Source: Myxococcota bacterium
GTDB lineage: Bacteria > Myxococcota_A > Polyangia > Nannocystales > Nannocystaceae
NCBI GenBank assembly: GCA_039028615.1
Contig: JBCCHT010000037.1
Location: forward strand, 1-64,000
DNA length: 64,000 nucleotides
Reading direction: 5' to 3'
Shown here: positions 21,666 through 30,393 of the stretch, one piece after another
Position numbering within the stretch: the first letter of the stretch is position 1
How the letters are laid out: each line of letters starts with the position of its first letter
The notes under the pieces: model-generated
Told to the model about the DNA's origin: nothing
The model's input: the letters and a program-made list of their open reading frames with translations, nothing else
The model's database searches: none
Made by a program: the position numbers and the translations under genes

Positions 21666-22094
21666 TCACTCAGCGGGGGGTTCGTCGCCTGCGAACAGCC
21701 ATTCCTTGGCAGAGCTTTGCGCATCGAAGCGCCGCAGCACCCGGATGGCCCCGCTGCGCCGAGCGACCACCGCCATCTGGACCGCGAGGTGTCGGCTCCC
21801 AGTGATCTCGGCGAAGCGGACGACGCCGGTTTCGATCGCGAAGGTCTGCAATCGTTGGATCAGCTCGGCCACCGACGACGAGGTCGGCTTGAGCTCGCGC
21901 AGGTCGGCCAGGAGCTTGATGGGGCGGTCTTCGTAGCGCAGCAAGGCCCACCGCAGCTCGTCGACCAGGCGGGCCGTCTCGTCCACGTCCACGCTCCCTG
22001 TCAGCGAAAAGCTGACCAGGGCGTGCTCGTCCTCGGTGGATATCTCGAACAATCGACTGCGCCTGTTCCGCGATTGCGCCGGGGGCAGCGGCAA
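21666..22094 (-). CDS. Small STAS/SpoIIAA-like hypothetical protein
   Basis: LLADLRELKP...FDAQSSAKEWL pattern of SpoIIAA-like domains; start uncertain. Confidence 0.55.
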   Translation of the reverse strand: MPLPPAQSRNRRSRLFEISTEDEHALVSFSLTGSVDVDETARLVDELRWALLRYEDRPIKLLADLRELKPTSSSVAELIQRLQTFAIETGVVRFAEITGSRHLAVQMAVVARRSGAIRVLRRFDAQSSAKEWLFAGDEPPAE

Positions 22095-22251
22095 TCGCGT
22101 ACCTCACCATGGTACCCCTCGCGTCCGCTCGATCGGCAGCACGAGCGGCAAAACGTGACGCTACGACGGACTTCGGGCCGTGCGCTCCTCCGGGTGGCTC
22201 GCTTCGGGCCAGAGCGAAGGGGCCAAATCGCGCCACGCCGAGCGGCGTCGG

Positions 22252-23628
22252 TCAGTCCGCCGAGCAGGTGATGCGCCGAACGTTGAAGCCGTCACCGCCG
22301 AGCAGCAGATCGTCGTAGCCATCGCCGTCGAAGTCTGCCGCAACCACGTCTCGGCGCGGCATGTCGGTGTGGAGCCGCAAGGTCTGCGGGAAGTGGCCGG
22401 TGCCATCGTTGAGCGCGATTCGGACGCCGTCCCACAGGCTGGTCGCGATGTCCAAGTCGCCGTCTCCATCCGGGTCGAACACGGTCAACGTTTGGGCGTT
22501 GCCGTCGTTGGGGTACGTGGTGGGCGTTTCGAAGGTTCCGTCGCCGACCCCGAACGCGACGTACAGCAGCGACGTCCAGCCCAGGTTCCCGATCAGGTCC
22601 AGCACGCCGTCGTCATTGACGTCTGCGGCGATGGTGCCGATGGTGGAAAACTCGGGGAGCGTCAGCGACGGCTCGAACCACATCGGGGCGTTGCCCAAGT
22701 AGATGTCGGTGGCGCCGTCGTAGGAGCGGGTCACCACGAGATCGTCGGCGCCGTCCGCATTCAGATCGGCCAGGAGCAGGGTGGGGTTGTTGGTGTCGCC
22801 GAAGATCGGCTCGTCGACGAAGGCTCCGTTGTCGCTGCCGCGAAACAGCCGCAGACCGTGCGGACTGATCACGGTCACGATGTCCATGAACCCGTCGGAG
22901 TCGACATCGCCCGCGGCCAGGTCGGTCACCGCACCCGGTGCTTGGAACAGGGTCAGCTGCGGCAACGTTCCGTCGCCCGGGCTCGAGAGCACTGCCACGT
23001 CGACGCTGTGGGTGCTTCGCACGACATCGAGTGTTCCGTCCCCGTCCATGTCGTGGCTGATGACCTGCCCGTGGGGCCCAATCTCGAGCTCGTCCATCGT
23101 GAAGTTACCGCTGCCGTCGTTGAGCAGCAGCGTGCGCCCCCCGTCGTCGCCGTGTCCCACGTAGACGTCGGGCGCTCCGTCGGCGTCGATATCGATCACC
23201 GCCAGGTGTTGCGGGTTGTAGTCCGTCTCCAACAGCTCGCCTTCGGTGCACAACACCGTGCAAACGGCGGTACAGGCATCGTCGCCGTCGAGGTTGCCGT
23301 CGTCGCACTCTTCACCCGGATCCAGCACTCCGTTGCCACACAGGGTGGGCCGACAGTCGGATTCGCACCCGTCACCGTCGACGAGGTTGCCGTCGTCACA
23401 CTCCTCGCCGACTTCGAGGATGCCGTTGCCACACCCCATCGGTTCCTCGCCGACGGTCTCGTCGCCATCGCCCGAAGACTCGTCGACCGTAGGGGTCGAG
23501 GTCGAGGCGGTGGTGGTCGGGTCACCCGTGCCCTCCTCGGCGGCCGCTCCCGCCTCGTCGTCTCCACAGCCGAACGAGAGCAACGCCAGCGCCAATACTC
23601 CACGAAAACGCGCATCGCTCACGGGCAT
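22252..23628 (-). CDS. Lipoprotein with myxobacterial cysteine-rich repeats and FG-GAP/VCBS repeats
   Basis: Lipobox SFGC; two CGNG..GEECDDGN..DGD.C repeats; multiple DxDxDGxxD motifs (DIDADGAPD, DMDGDGTLD, DVDSDGFMD, DLNADGADD, DFDGDGYDD). Confidence 0.85.
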   Translation of the reverse strand: MPVSDARFRGVLALALLSFGCGDDEAGAAAEEGTGDPTTTASTSTPTVDESSGDGDETVGEEPMGCGNGILEVGEECDDGNLVDGDGCESDCRPTLCGNGVLDPGEECDDGNLDGDDACTAVCTVLCTEGELLETDYNPQHLAVIDIDADGAPDVYVGHGDDGGRTLLLNDGSGNFTMDELEIGPHGQVISHDMDGDGTLDVVRSTHSVDVAVLSSPGDGTLPQLTLFQAPGAVTDLAAGDVDSDGFMDIVTVISPHGLRLFRGSDNGAFVDEPIFGDTNNPTLLLADLNADGADDLVVTRSYDGATDIYLGNAPMWFEPSLTLPEFSTIGTIAADVNDDGVLDLIGNLGWTSLLYVAFGVGDGTFETPTTYPNDGNAQTLTVFDPDGDGDLDIATSLWDGVRIALNDGTGHFPQTLRLHTDMPRRDVVAADFDGDGYDDLLLGGDGFNVRRITCSAD

Positions 23629-23774
23629 TGCCCCCCGGGCGAAGTCCACTCGAGGGGTAGGTCTCCGAGCGCAGGCTCGACTCGCTTCGCAGGTTCCACA
23701 TCCACGAAGAACGCAGACGAATGGCCCTCGACGCTATTCACGGGCCCCGGCGGAGCCGTGCCTCACTGCACAGG

Positions 23775-24581
23775 TCAGGAATTCCGTCGACGTTCGCGAC
23801 GACGATCTTCGCGTTCGCGACGACGCTGCTCGGATTTGTGCCCGTCACCGAAGTACCAGCCGATGTTCACCCCGAACATGAAGCGCCAGCTCTTCTCGTC
23901 GAGCGCGTAGTGCTGGATGTGGCTCTTGACCCCGCCCAGGCGCATGGCGAACGCCAGCGCGCCGCGGTCCACCCGGGTGGTGTACTGAAGCTCGGCCCGC
24001 ACCACGTGGTTGTTGGTGATGATCGGCTGCCCGAGGCCCCCGCGCGTGTTGCTGATGAGGTCCTTGGTGGCGGGGAAGGGGTGGAACCAGCTGTAGCCCA
24101 GCGCGAGGCCGAAACCCTTGAAGTTCAGGCCGCCGTAGATCTGCGGGTGCACGATGGCGGGCATCGCCTCGACGGTATTGGCCGGGTTGGCCCCGATCGC
24201 GAGGCTGGGCCGAATCATCAGGACCTTGGCGAACTGAAGCTGGTAGCCGAAGTCGAGCTGCAGCGGCAGGTAGTGGAAGCGCTGCGTCTCGCCTTCTTCG
24301 CTCTGCGCGGCGGACAGCCGCACGTAGTCGATCTGCATGCCGAGCCGGAAGCGATGGCGCCGCGGCGGACGGCGACGGCGAGGGTCTCGGACGCCCGCGC
24401 CGAGGCCTTCGTCCTTGGCCTCTTTTTCGTCGTCCTCGTCGGCGGTGGCCTCGAAGGTGTCGGCCTCGGTGCTGGCACGCGCCGGGCCGGCCCAGGCGGT
24501 GAGGCCGAGCCCGAGGCCCAACACGATGGCGCCGATTCGACCGGCGCGGGAGCAAACGGGGTACGAGCTAGACCAGAGCAT
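23775..24581 (-). CDS. Probable outer-membrane beta-barrel protein
   Basis: Signal peptide ending ARA; alternating aromatic/hydrophobic beta strands ending FGVNIGWYF, then a charged tail. Confidence 0.65.
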   Translation of the reverse strand: MLWSSSYPVCSRAGRIGAIVLGLGLGLTAWAGPARASTEADTFEATADEDDEKEAKDEGLGAGVRDPRRRRPPRRHRFRLGMQIDYVRLSAAQSEEGETQRFHYLPLQLDFGYQLQFAKVLMIRPSLAIGANPANTVEAMPAIVHPQIYGGLNFKGFGLALGYSWFHPFPATKDLISNTRGGLGQPIITNNHVVRAELQYTTRVDRGALAFAMRLGGVKSHIQHYALDEKSWRFMFGVNIGWYFGDGHKSEQRRREREDRRRERRRNS

Positions 24582-24691
24582 GGGGGACGGCGTTGCCGCG
24601 CCCGCTCAGCATGGAAAGGGACGGCCCCGAAGTCAATGTGGGCGGGACGAACGAGGCCGCACGACCCGCGGGCGCGACCGGGGGGCGGCCG

Positions 24692-25621
24692 CTACGCCAG
24701 CACCAGGCGGTCGACCAGGGTGGCGACCAGGTAGGCGATGGCCACGTAGCCGTTGAGGTCGAAGAAGGCCTTGCCCAGGCGGCTGAGGTCGCTGGGACGC
24801 ACGATCCAGTGCTCGTAGACCAGGATGGCGGCGATGAGGCCCACGCCGGCCAGGTGTGCGACCCCGAGGCCCACCGACACGTGCAGGAAGACCAGGGCGC
24901 CGACGGTGGCGACGTGGAGCAAGGCGGAGATCCACAGGGCTCCGCGGATCCCGAAGCGCGCGGGAATGGAGTGAAGGCCGTTGGCCCGGTCGAAGTCGGC
25001 GTCGGCGAGGCTGTACAGCACGTCGAAGCCGGCCACCCAGGTGGCGACGGCGAACATCAGCGGCAGCGGGACCCACCAGTGGTCGAAGCCGCCGCTGACG
25101 GCCACGAACGCGCCGCCCGGGGCCAGGGCCAGGGCCACGCCCAGCGCGAGGTGACTGGTCCAGGAAAAGCGCTTGAACAGGCTGTAGCCCAGCAGCATGA
25201 CCAGGACGGGCACGGCGAGCATGGCGGGCACGGGGCCCAGGGCGACGGCCGAGCCCACGAACACCGCGGCCGACAACACGGTGAAGGCGGTGGCGATGGG
25301 GACCGAGATGGCGCCGCGGGGGATTTCTCGATCCGCGGTGCGGGGGTTGAGGGCATCGAAGCGTCGATCGACGATCCGGTTGAAGCCCATCGCGGAGGCC
25401 CGGGCCCCGGCGAAGGCGAGCACGATGAGCCCGAAGCGCGCCCAGGTGAGCCCCTCGTGGCCCTGGGCCGTGGCCAGGCCGTGGGCGAGCACGGCGGCCG
25501 CGAGGGCGAAGGGCAGGCCGAAGATGGTGTGGCCCAGCTTCACCAGCTGCGAGAAGTTCCGCGCGTTGCGGACGAGCCCCGAGCTGTGGCGGGCGGGGTG
25601 ATCGGGACTGGGCGTGGACAC
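24692..25621 (-). CDS. mqnP: UbiA-family polyprenyltransferase of the futalosine menaquinone pathway (MqnP-type)
   Basis: HTIFGLPFA, ARASAMGFNRIVDRRFDALNPRTADREIP, YSLFKRF, AGFDVLYSLADADFD, AFFDLNG; lies in the mqn operon. Confidence 0.85.
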   Translation of the reverse strand: MSTPSPDHPARHSSGLVRNARNFSQLVKLGHTIFGLPFALAAAVLAHGLATAQGHEGLTWARFGLIVLAFAGARASAMGFNRIVDRRFDALNPRTADREIPRGAISVPIATAFTVLSAAVFVGSAVALGPVPAMLAVPVLVMLLGYSLFKRFSWTSHLALGVALALAPGGAFVAVSGGFDHWWVPLPLMFAVATWVAGFDVLYSLADADFDRANGLHSIPARFGIRGALWISALLHVATVGALVFLHVSVGLGVAHLAGVGLIAAILVYEHWIVRPSDLSRLGKAFFDLNGYVAIAYLVATLVDRLVLA

Positions 25622-25625
25622 GGCT

Positions 25626-25985
25626 TCAGGCCTCGTCGCGGTGGACGGTGTCGGGCGAGAACGCGGGGCGGCACACCGCGATGTACTCGGCGCCATTGGG
25701 CGTGCTGTAGCGGACCCACTCGCCGGGGTGGGTGATGATCGACTGCCCCGCCTCGACCTCGATGACCCCGCCCTCGTGCTCGACGCGGAGCATGCCCGCG
25801 ATGACCACGGTGTACTCCTCGAAGTCGGGGCGCTGACCGGGCTCGACCCAGCCCGCGGGCGAGCGCATGTGGGCGACGCTGACCTCTTCGGTGCCGGTAT
25901 TGACCCGGCCGATGTGCTCGTCGATGAGCTTGGGCTTGGTGCCCGCGGCGGTGATCCGCGAGGGGGTTTTGACGTGGGTGGGCAT
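25626..25985 (-). CDS. Cupin domain protein (EutQ-like)
   Basis: SVAHMRSPAGWVEPGQRPDFEEYTVVIAGMLRV...VEAGQ...GEWVRYSTP; start overlaps the upstream stop (TGATG). Confidence 0.82.
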   Translation of the reverse strand: MPTHVKTPSRITAAGTKPKLIDEHIGRVNTGTEEVSVAHMRSPAGWVEPGQRPDFEEYTVVIAGMLRVEHEGGVIEVEAGQSIITHPGEWVRYSTPNGAEYIAVCRPAFSPDTVHRDEA

Positions 25986-27964
25986 CAGGCGGCGGCCTCC
26001 GGCAGCAGGTGGTACTGCATGTTGCGGCGCCGGGGCACGAAGCCGGCCTGGCGCACGTGGTGCTCGATGTCGTCGGCGCTGAGCATGAAGTGGGCGCCCG
26101 CCTGGGAGACCACGTTCTCTTCGATCATCACCGAGCCGAAGTCGTTGGCGCCGAAGCGCAGCGCGACCTCGCCGATCTCGGGGCCGAGCGTGGGCCACGA
26201 GACCTGGATGTTGGGGATGTTGTCGAGGTACAGGCGGGCCAGCGCCTGGGTCCGCAGGTACCGCCACGCGCTGGTGTCGTCGCGCAGTTTGAGGCGGGTG
26301 CCCTCGGCCTGGAACGGCCACACGATGAACGCGGTGAACATGCCGCCGTTGTCACGCGGCAGGGCCTCGTCTTGGACCGAGCGGAGTCGGTCGAGGTGCA
26401 CCAGCGTGTGCTCGGCCGTCTCCTGGAAGCCGTAGACCATGGTGCAGGTGCTCTTCATGCCCAGGGTGTGGGCCTGTCGCATGACGTCGAGCCACTCGTC
26501 GGTGGTGTTCTTGAACGGCGAGATGCGGTTGCGAATCTCGTCGTGCAGCATCTCCGCGCCGCCGCCCGGCAGCGAGTCCATCCCCGCCGCCCGCAGCCGG
26601 GTGAGCACCTCGGCGATGGACAGGTCCTCGAGGTGCGCGATGTGGATGATCTCGGTGGGCGACAGCGCGTGCATGTTGAGGCGGAAGTTCGCCTTGGCCC
26701 AGCGGAACAGGTCCTCGTACCAGTCGAGACCGAGCTCCGGGTTGAGGCCGCCCTGCAGCAGGATCTGGACGCCGCCCAGCTGCTCGGTCTCGCGGAATTT
26801 GGCGCCCAGCACCTCTTTGCTGTGCACGTAGCCCTCCTGGTCCTTGCGGGTGGGGGGCACGTAGAAGTTGCAGAACTTGCAGCGCGCGGTGCAGACGTTG
26901 GTGTAGTTGACGTTGCGGTCGATGATGTAGGTGACGATGCCCTCGGGATGCAGGGCCTTGCGGCGGCGGTCGGCCGCCTCGCCCAGCGCCAGGGTGCTCG
27001 CCTGCTCGTACAGCACGATGCCCTCGTGCAGCTCCAGTCGACCCCCGGTGGCGGCCCGCTCGAGCAGAGCATCGACATCGGCGACGCGACCGCGGGGCAG
27101 GGCCCGACGTGCCGCGGCCACGCCCTCGTGCTCGCGGGCGGCGAAGCGTACGTGCACGTCGCCGGCCTGGTGCAGTCCCAGCTCTTCGCTGCGGGCGATG
27201 TACTCCACCAGCCCCTCGCGCTCCCACGAGTCGAGCCGATAGCGGATCGTCTGCCGCAAGTAGTTGGCGTAGAAGTTGTCGTCTTGGGCGGGCAGGCCGG
27301 CGTCGAGGCGCTGCTGACGGTAGCGACCGGCCAGCTTCTCGGCCCACTTCAAGCCGCGGTCCCGCGCCTCGTGCAGCGCCTTGACGTGGGCCTCGGTGAT
27401 GCAGCCGGGGCGGGCGGCCCAGAACGCGAACACCATGGGCATGCCGGTCAGCGCGAGCCACTGCGCCCCCAGGTCGATGCGGTGCTCGAAGCCCTCGAGC
27501 CCAAACGCCGCGTCGCCGATGATGAGCGCGGCCTCGGTGCCCTCGACCCGGTCCACGCCCTCGCCGTGCGGCGCGTGCTCGAGCTTCGGGCTCAGCCCCT
27601 CGGTGGCCAGCAGGGTGCGCAGCAAGAGCACCGAGCTGCGCGAGGCGGAGTCGAGGTGAATGGTGGTGACCTCGGACAGCGGCACCTGCGAGACCACGAC
27701 CACCGTGTGCACCGCTCCGCGCCCGGCAATGGCGACCTCGGGCACGACCTCCCAGTCGGGATGATCGAGATACGAAGCCACGGGCACCAACGCGATGTCG
27801 CACTCGCCGTCGGCCAGGCGCCGCGCACACTCGGCCGGCAGGGCCTCCTGGACCTCGAACAGCGGCTGCCCGTCCTCGTCCTTGGGCGGCCGTTCCAGCA
27901 GGGACTGGTACAGCGGCCACGCGTTGAGAAAGGAGACGGCACAGATGCGAAGCGGAGCAGTCAT
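25985..27964 (-). CDS. Fusion of chorismate dehydratase MqnA (N-terminal) and cyclic dehypoxanthine futalosine synthase MqnC (radical SAM)
   Basis: MqnA motifs VSFLNAWPL, SRSSV.LL, LIIGDAA, DLGAQW..LTGMPMVFAFWA; MqnC motifs VTYIIDRNVNYTNVCTARCKFCNFY, QILLQGG, SLPGGGAE, AFIVWPFQ, GANDFGSVMIEENVVSQAG. One 659-aa ORF. Confidence 0.9.
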   Translation of the reverse strand: MTAPLRICAVSFLNAWPLYQSLLERPPKDEDGQPLFEVQEALPAECARRLADGECDIALVPVASYLDHPDWEVVPEVAIAGRGAVHTVVVVSQVPLSEVTTIHLDSASRSSVLLLRTLLATEGLSPKLEHAPHGEGVDRVEGTEAALIIGDAAFGLEGFEHRIDLGAQWLALTGMPMVFAFWAARPGCITEAHVKALHEARDRGLKWAEKLAGRYRQQRLDAGLPAQDDNFYANYLRQTIRYRLDSWEREGLVEYIARSEELGLHQAGDVHVRFAAREHEGVAAARRALPRGRVADVDALLERAATGGRLELHEGIVLYEQASTLALGEAADRRRKALHPEGIVTYIIDRNVNYTNVCTARCKFCNFYVPPTRKDQEGYVHSKEVLGAKFRETEQLGGVQILLQGGLNPELGLDWYEDLFRWAKANFRLNMHALSPTEIIHIAHLEDLSIAEVLTRLRAAGMDSLPGGGAEMLHDEIRNRISPFKNTTDEWLDVMRQAHTLGMKSTCTMVYGFQETAEHTLVHLDRLRSVQDEALPRDNGGMFTAFIVWPFQAEGTRLKLRDDTSAWRYLRTQALARLYLDNIPNIQVSWPTLGPEIGEVALRFGANDFGSVMIEENVVSQAGAHFMLSADDIEHHVRQAGFVPRRRNMQYHLLPEAAA

Positions 27965-27981
27965 GGCGACCTCGGGTTCCC

Positions 27982-29172
27982 TCACTGCACGACCGAAAGC
28001 TCGACGCGCTTGGTCTTGCGGTGGCGGGAGTAGGGCACGCTGGCTTCGACCCGGATGCCCGGCAGCGGGCTGCCGTCGTCTTCCCAGCGCACGTTGTAGA
28101 GGGTGTCTCGTTCCACCGCCTGGCGGCCGGCCTCGCGGATGAGCCGAATCAGCCCGGTGCGGGTCATGGCCTGCGGCGTGTCGGCCCCGGCCATGTGGTA
28201 AATCTTCTCCTCTTGGACGGTGCCGTCGAGGTCGTCCACGCCGAAGCTCTGGGCGATCTGGGCCGTCTTGAGCCCGATCATGATCCAGTACGCCTTGATG
28301 TGGTCGAAGTTGTGCATCATCAGGCGGCTGACCGCGTAGGTGCGCAGGTCGTCCATGCCCGTGGGGCCCGGGAGCTTGGCCAGGCGGTTGTTGTCCGGGT
28401 GGAAGGCCAGCGGGATGAAGGTCTGGAACCCGCCCGTCTCGTCTTGCAGCTCGCGTAGCCGCAGCATGTGATCCACCCGCTCCTCGAGCGTCTCGATGGT
28501 CCCGTAGAGCATGGTGCAGTTGCTGCGCAGCCCGAGCTTGTGGGCGGTGCGGTGCACCTCGAGCCACTGCTCCGCGTTGGCCTTGTCGCTGCAGATCTTG
28601 CGGCGCACTCGGTCGGCGAAGATCTCGGCGCCGCCGCCCGGCATGCTGTCGAGGCCGGCCTCCATCAGCTCGCGCAGGACCTGCTCGTAGCTCTTGCCGA
28701 ACTTCTCGGCGAAGTAGTGGATCTCGACCGCGGTGAACGCCTTGAGGTGGATGTCGGGGCGCTCATCCTTGAGCACGCGCAGGGTGTCCAGGTACCAGTC
28801 CCACGGCACGCCGCCGTGCAGGCCGCTGACGATGTGGATCTCGGTGACCGGCTGGTCCTTGCGCTCGATGAGCTTGCCCCGGATCTCGTCGAGGCTCATC
28901 GTGTACGCCTGCGGCATGCCGGGCTGGAGCCGGGCAAACGAGCAGAAGTGACAGTCCGCCTCGCAGACGTTGGTCGGGTTGATGTGGAAGTTGACGTTGA
29001 AGTAGGTGCGGTCGCCGTGCCGACGCTCGCGCTCGGCGTTGGCGAGGCTGCCCACCGCCAGCAGGTCGGGATAGCGGTACAGGAAGACGCCGTCTTCGAA
29101 GGTGAGGGGCTCGGCGGCGGTGACCTTGTCGGCGATGGTCGCGAAGCGGGCGGAGTCGGTGGGAGAGACCAT
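27982..29172 (-). CDS. mqnE: Aminofutalosine synthase (radical SAM)
   Basis: HINPTNVCEADCHFCSF, TEIHIVSGLH, HLKAFTAVEI, MPGGGAEIF, FIPLAFHPDN, HIKAYWIM, GTVQEEKIYHMAGA. Confidence 0.92.
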   Translation of the reverse strand: MVSPTDSARFATIADKVTAAEPLTFEDGVFLYRYPDLLAVGSLANAERERRHGDRTYFNVNFHINPTNVCEADCHFCSFARLQPGMPQAYTMSLDEIRGKLIERKDQPVTEIHIVSGLHGGVPWDWYLDTLRVLKDERPDIHLKAFTAVEIHYFAEKFGKSYEQVLRELMEAGLDSMPGGGAEIFADRVRRKICSDKANAEQWLEVHRTAHKLGLRSNCTMLYGTIETLEERVDHMLRLRELQDETGGFQTFIPLAFHPDNNRLAKLPGPTGMDDLRTYAVSRLMMHNFDHIKAYWIMIGLKTAQIAQSFGVDDLDGTVQEEKIYHMAGADTPQAMTRTGLIRLIREAGRQAVERDTLYNVRWEDDGSPLPGIRVEASVPYSRHRKTKRVELSVVQ

Positions 29173-29194
29173 GGGACTTTCCTTGGAATGGCGC

Positions 29195-29785
29195 TCAGGC
29201 GGCGTGGGGCGTGAGGCCCACTTGGCGGACCAGGGTGGCGAGGCCGGCTTGGGTGGCCTCGTTGGGGCGGGTGACCCCAGCCAGGGGAAGCTTGCGATCG
29301 GGCTCGACGGGACCGGCCAGGGTGTCGGCGCCGCAGCCCACCGCGAGCTGGGCGAGCCGGATGCCGACCAGGTCGTGTCGGGCCTCGACCCGGACGTGGG
29401 CGGGCAGCAGCACCCGGGCCGCCGCGATGCACCACAGCCGCTGCATGCCGCTGGGCGCCGGGGAGGTGGGGGCAACGGCGATGTCGCGGGGACAGTCGGC
29501 GGCCAGCGCTCGCAGCCAGGCGACGAAGCGGCGGCGTCCCTCGGCCGTGCCCTCGGCCTGCACCACGAGTCGGTCACCCGGGCGCAGCGCGTTGGCCTCG
29601 GGCCACGCTTGCAGGTCGACGACTTCGTCGTCCCGGATCAGCGCGGCCACGGCCGGAGCGGGGTGCGACGGCGCGGGGCGGATCCAGACCTCTTCACCGA
29701 ACATGCGCTCACGAGCCTGCGCGCCCAGCTTGCCCAGGCGGGCGGGGGTTTTGAACAGCTCGAGAGGGTCGATGCTTTGGGTCAT
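29195..29785 (-). CDS. 196-aa degenerate MqnE/CofH-like protein lacking the CxxxCxxC motif and the central barrel
   Basis: Aligns by eye with the N-terminal helix and C-terminal half of the adjacent MqnE; ATG overlaps the ubiX stop (ATGA). Confidence 0.75.
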   Translation of the reverse strand: MTQSIDPLELFKTPARLGKLGAQARERMFGEEVWIRPAPSHPAPAVAALIRDDEVVDLQAWPEANALRPGDRLVVQAEGTAEGRRRFVAWLRALAADCPRDIAVAPTSPAPSGMQRLWCIAAARVLLPAHVRVEARHDLVGIRLAQLAVGCGADTLAGPVEPDRKLPLAGVTRPNEATQAGLATLVRQVGLTPHAA

Positions 29786-30393
29786 GAGTCGTCTCCCCAG
29801 CGCTCCACGAGCGGAAGCGGCAGGCCGGCACGATCGAGGGCCCGGGCCACCACGGTGTCGACGGCCTGCTCGAGGGTGCGGACGTGGCCATAGAACGAAG
29901 GCACCGCGGGCAGCACGATGGCGCCGGCTTCCGTGGCCGAGACCATGTTGCGCAGGTGCACGAGCGAAAGCGGAGTCTCGCGCACCACCAGGATCAAGGG
30001 CTTGCGCTCCTTGAGCGCCACCTCGCAGGTGCGGGCGATGAGGTCGGAGCCGCCGCCGTTGGCCACGCGAGCCAGCGTGCTCATGGAGCAGGGCATCACC
30101 ACCACCGCGTCGGGGGCATTGCTGCCCGAGGCGAAGGGGGCCCTGAAGTCCATGCGGTCCCAGCGACGCAGGCCGGGATGACCGAGGTCCTCGGGCATCG
30201 GCTCGCCGAGCTCCTGCTCCCAGACCTGCGGGGCATTTTGCGAGGCGACGACGTCGATGCTCAGATCGGGGCGGGCCGCGGCGTTGGGGAGCGTGCCCTC
30301 CTTGGCGGCCGCGAGCACGCGCAGCATCCGGCGAGCGTAGGTCGAGCCGCTCGCTCCGGTGACGCACACCACCAGCCGTCGCGCTTCGCTCAC
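29782..30393 (-). CDS. ubiX: UbiX-family flavin prenyltransferase
   Basis: VTGASG, APFASGS, MPCSMSTL, RTCEVALKERKPLILVVRETPL, PAVPSFY. GTGA overlap with ubiE. Confidence 0.92.
   Translation of the reverse strand: MSEARRLVVCVTGASGSTYARRMLRVLAAAKEGTLPNAAARPDLSIDVVASQNAPQVWEQELGEPMPEDLGHPGLRRWDRMDFRAPFASGSNAPDAVVVMPCSMSTLARVANGGGSDLIARTCEVALKERKPLILVVRETPLSLVHLRNMVSATEAGAIVLPAVPSFYGHVRTLEQAVDTVVARALDRAGLPLPLVERWGDDS

Noticed and set aside
27965..28567. N-terminal extensions in the ORF track (MqnA-C to 28567, MqnE to 29577, xdhB from 4024, guaA from 47399, 29195 ORF to 30367)
   Set aside because: They overlap neighbouring real genes in another frame; downstream starts with stop/start coupling or RBS fit the family N-termini.
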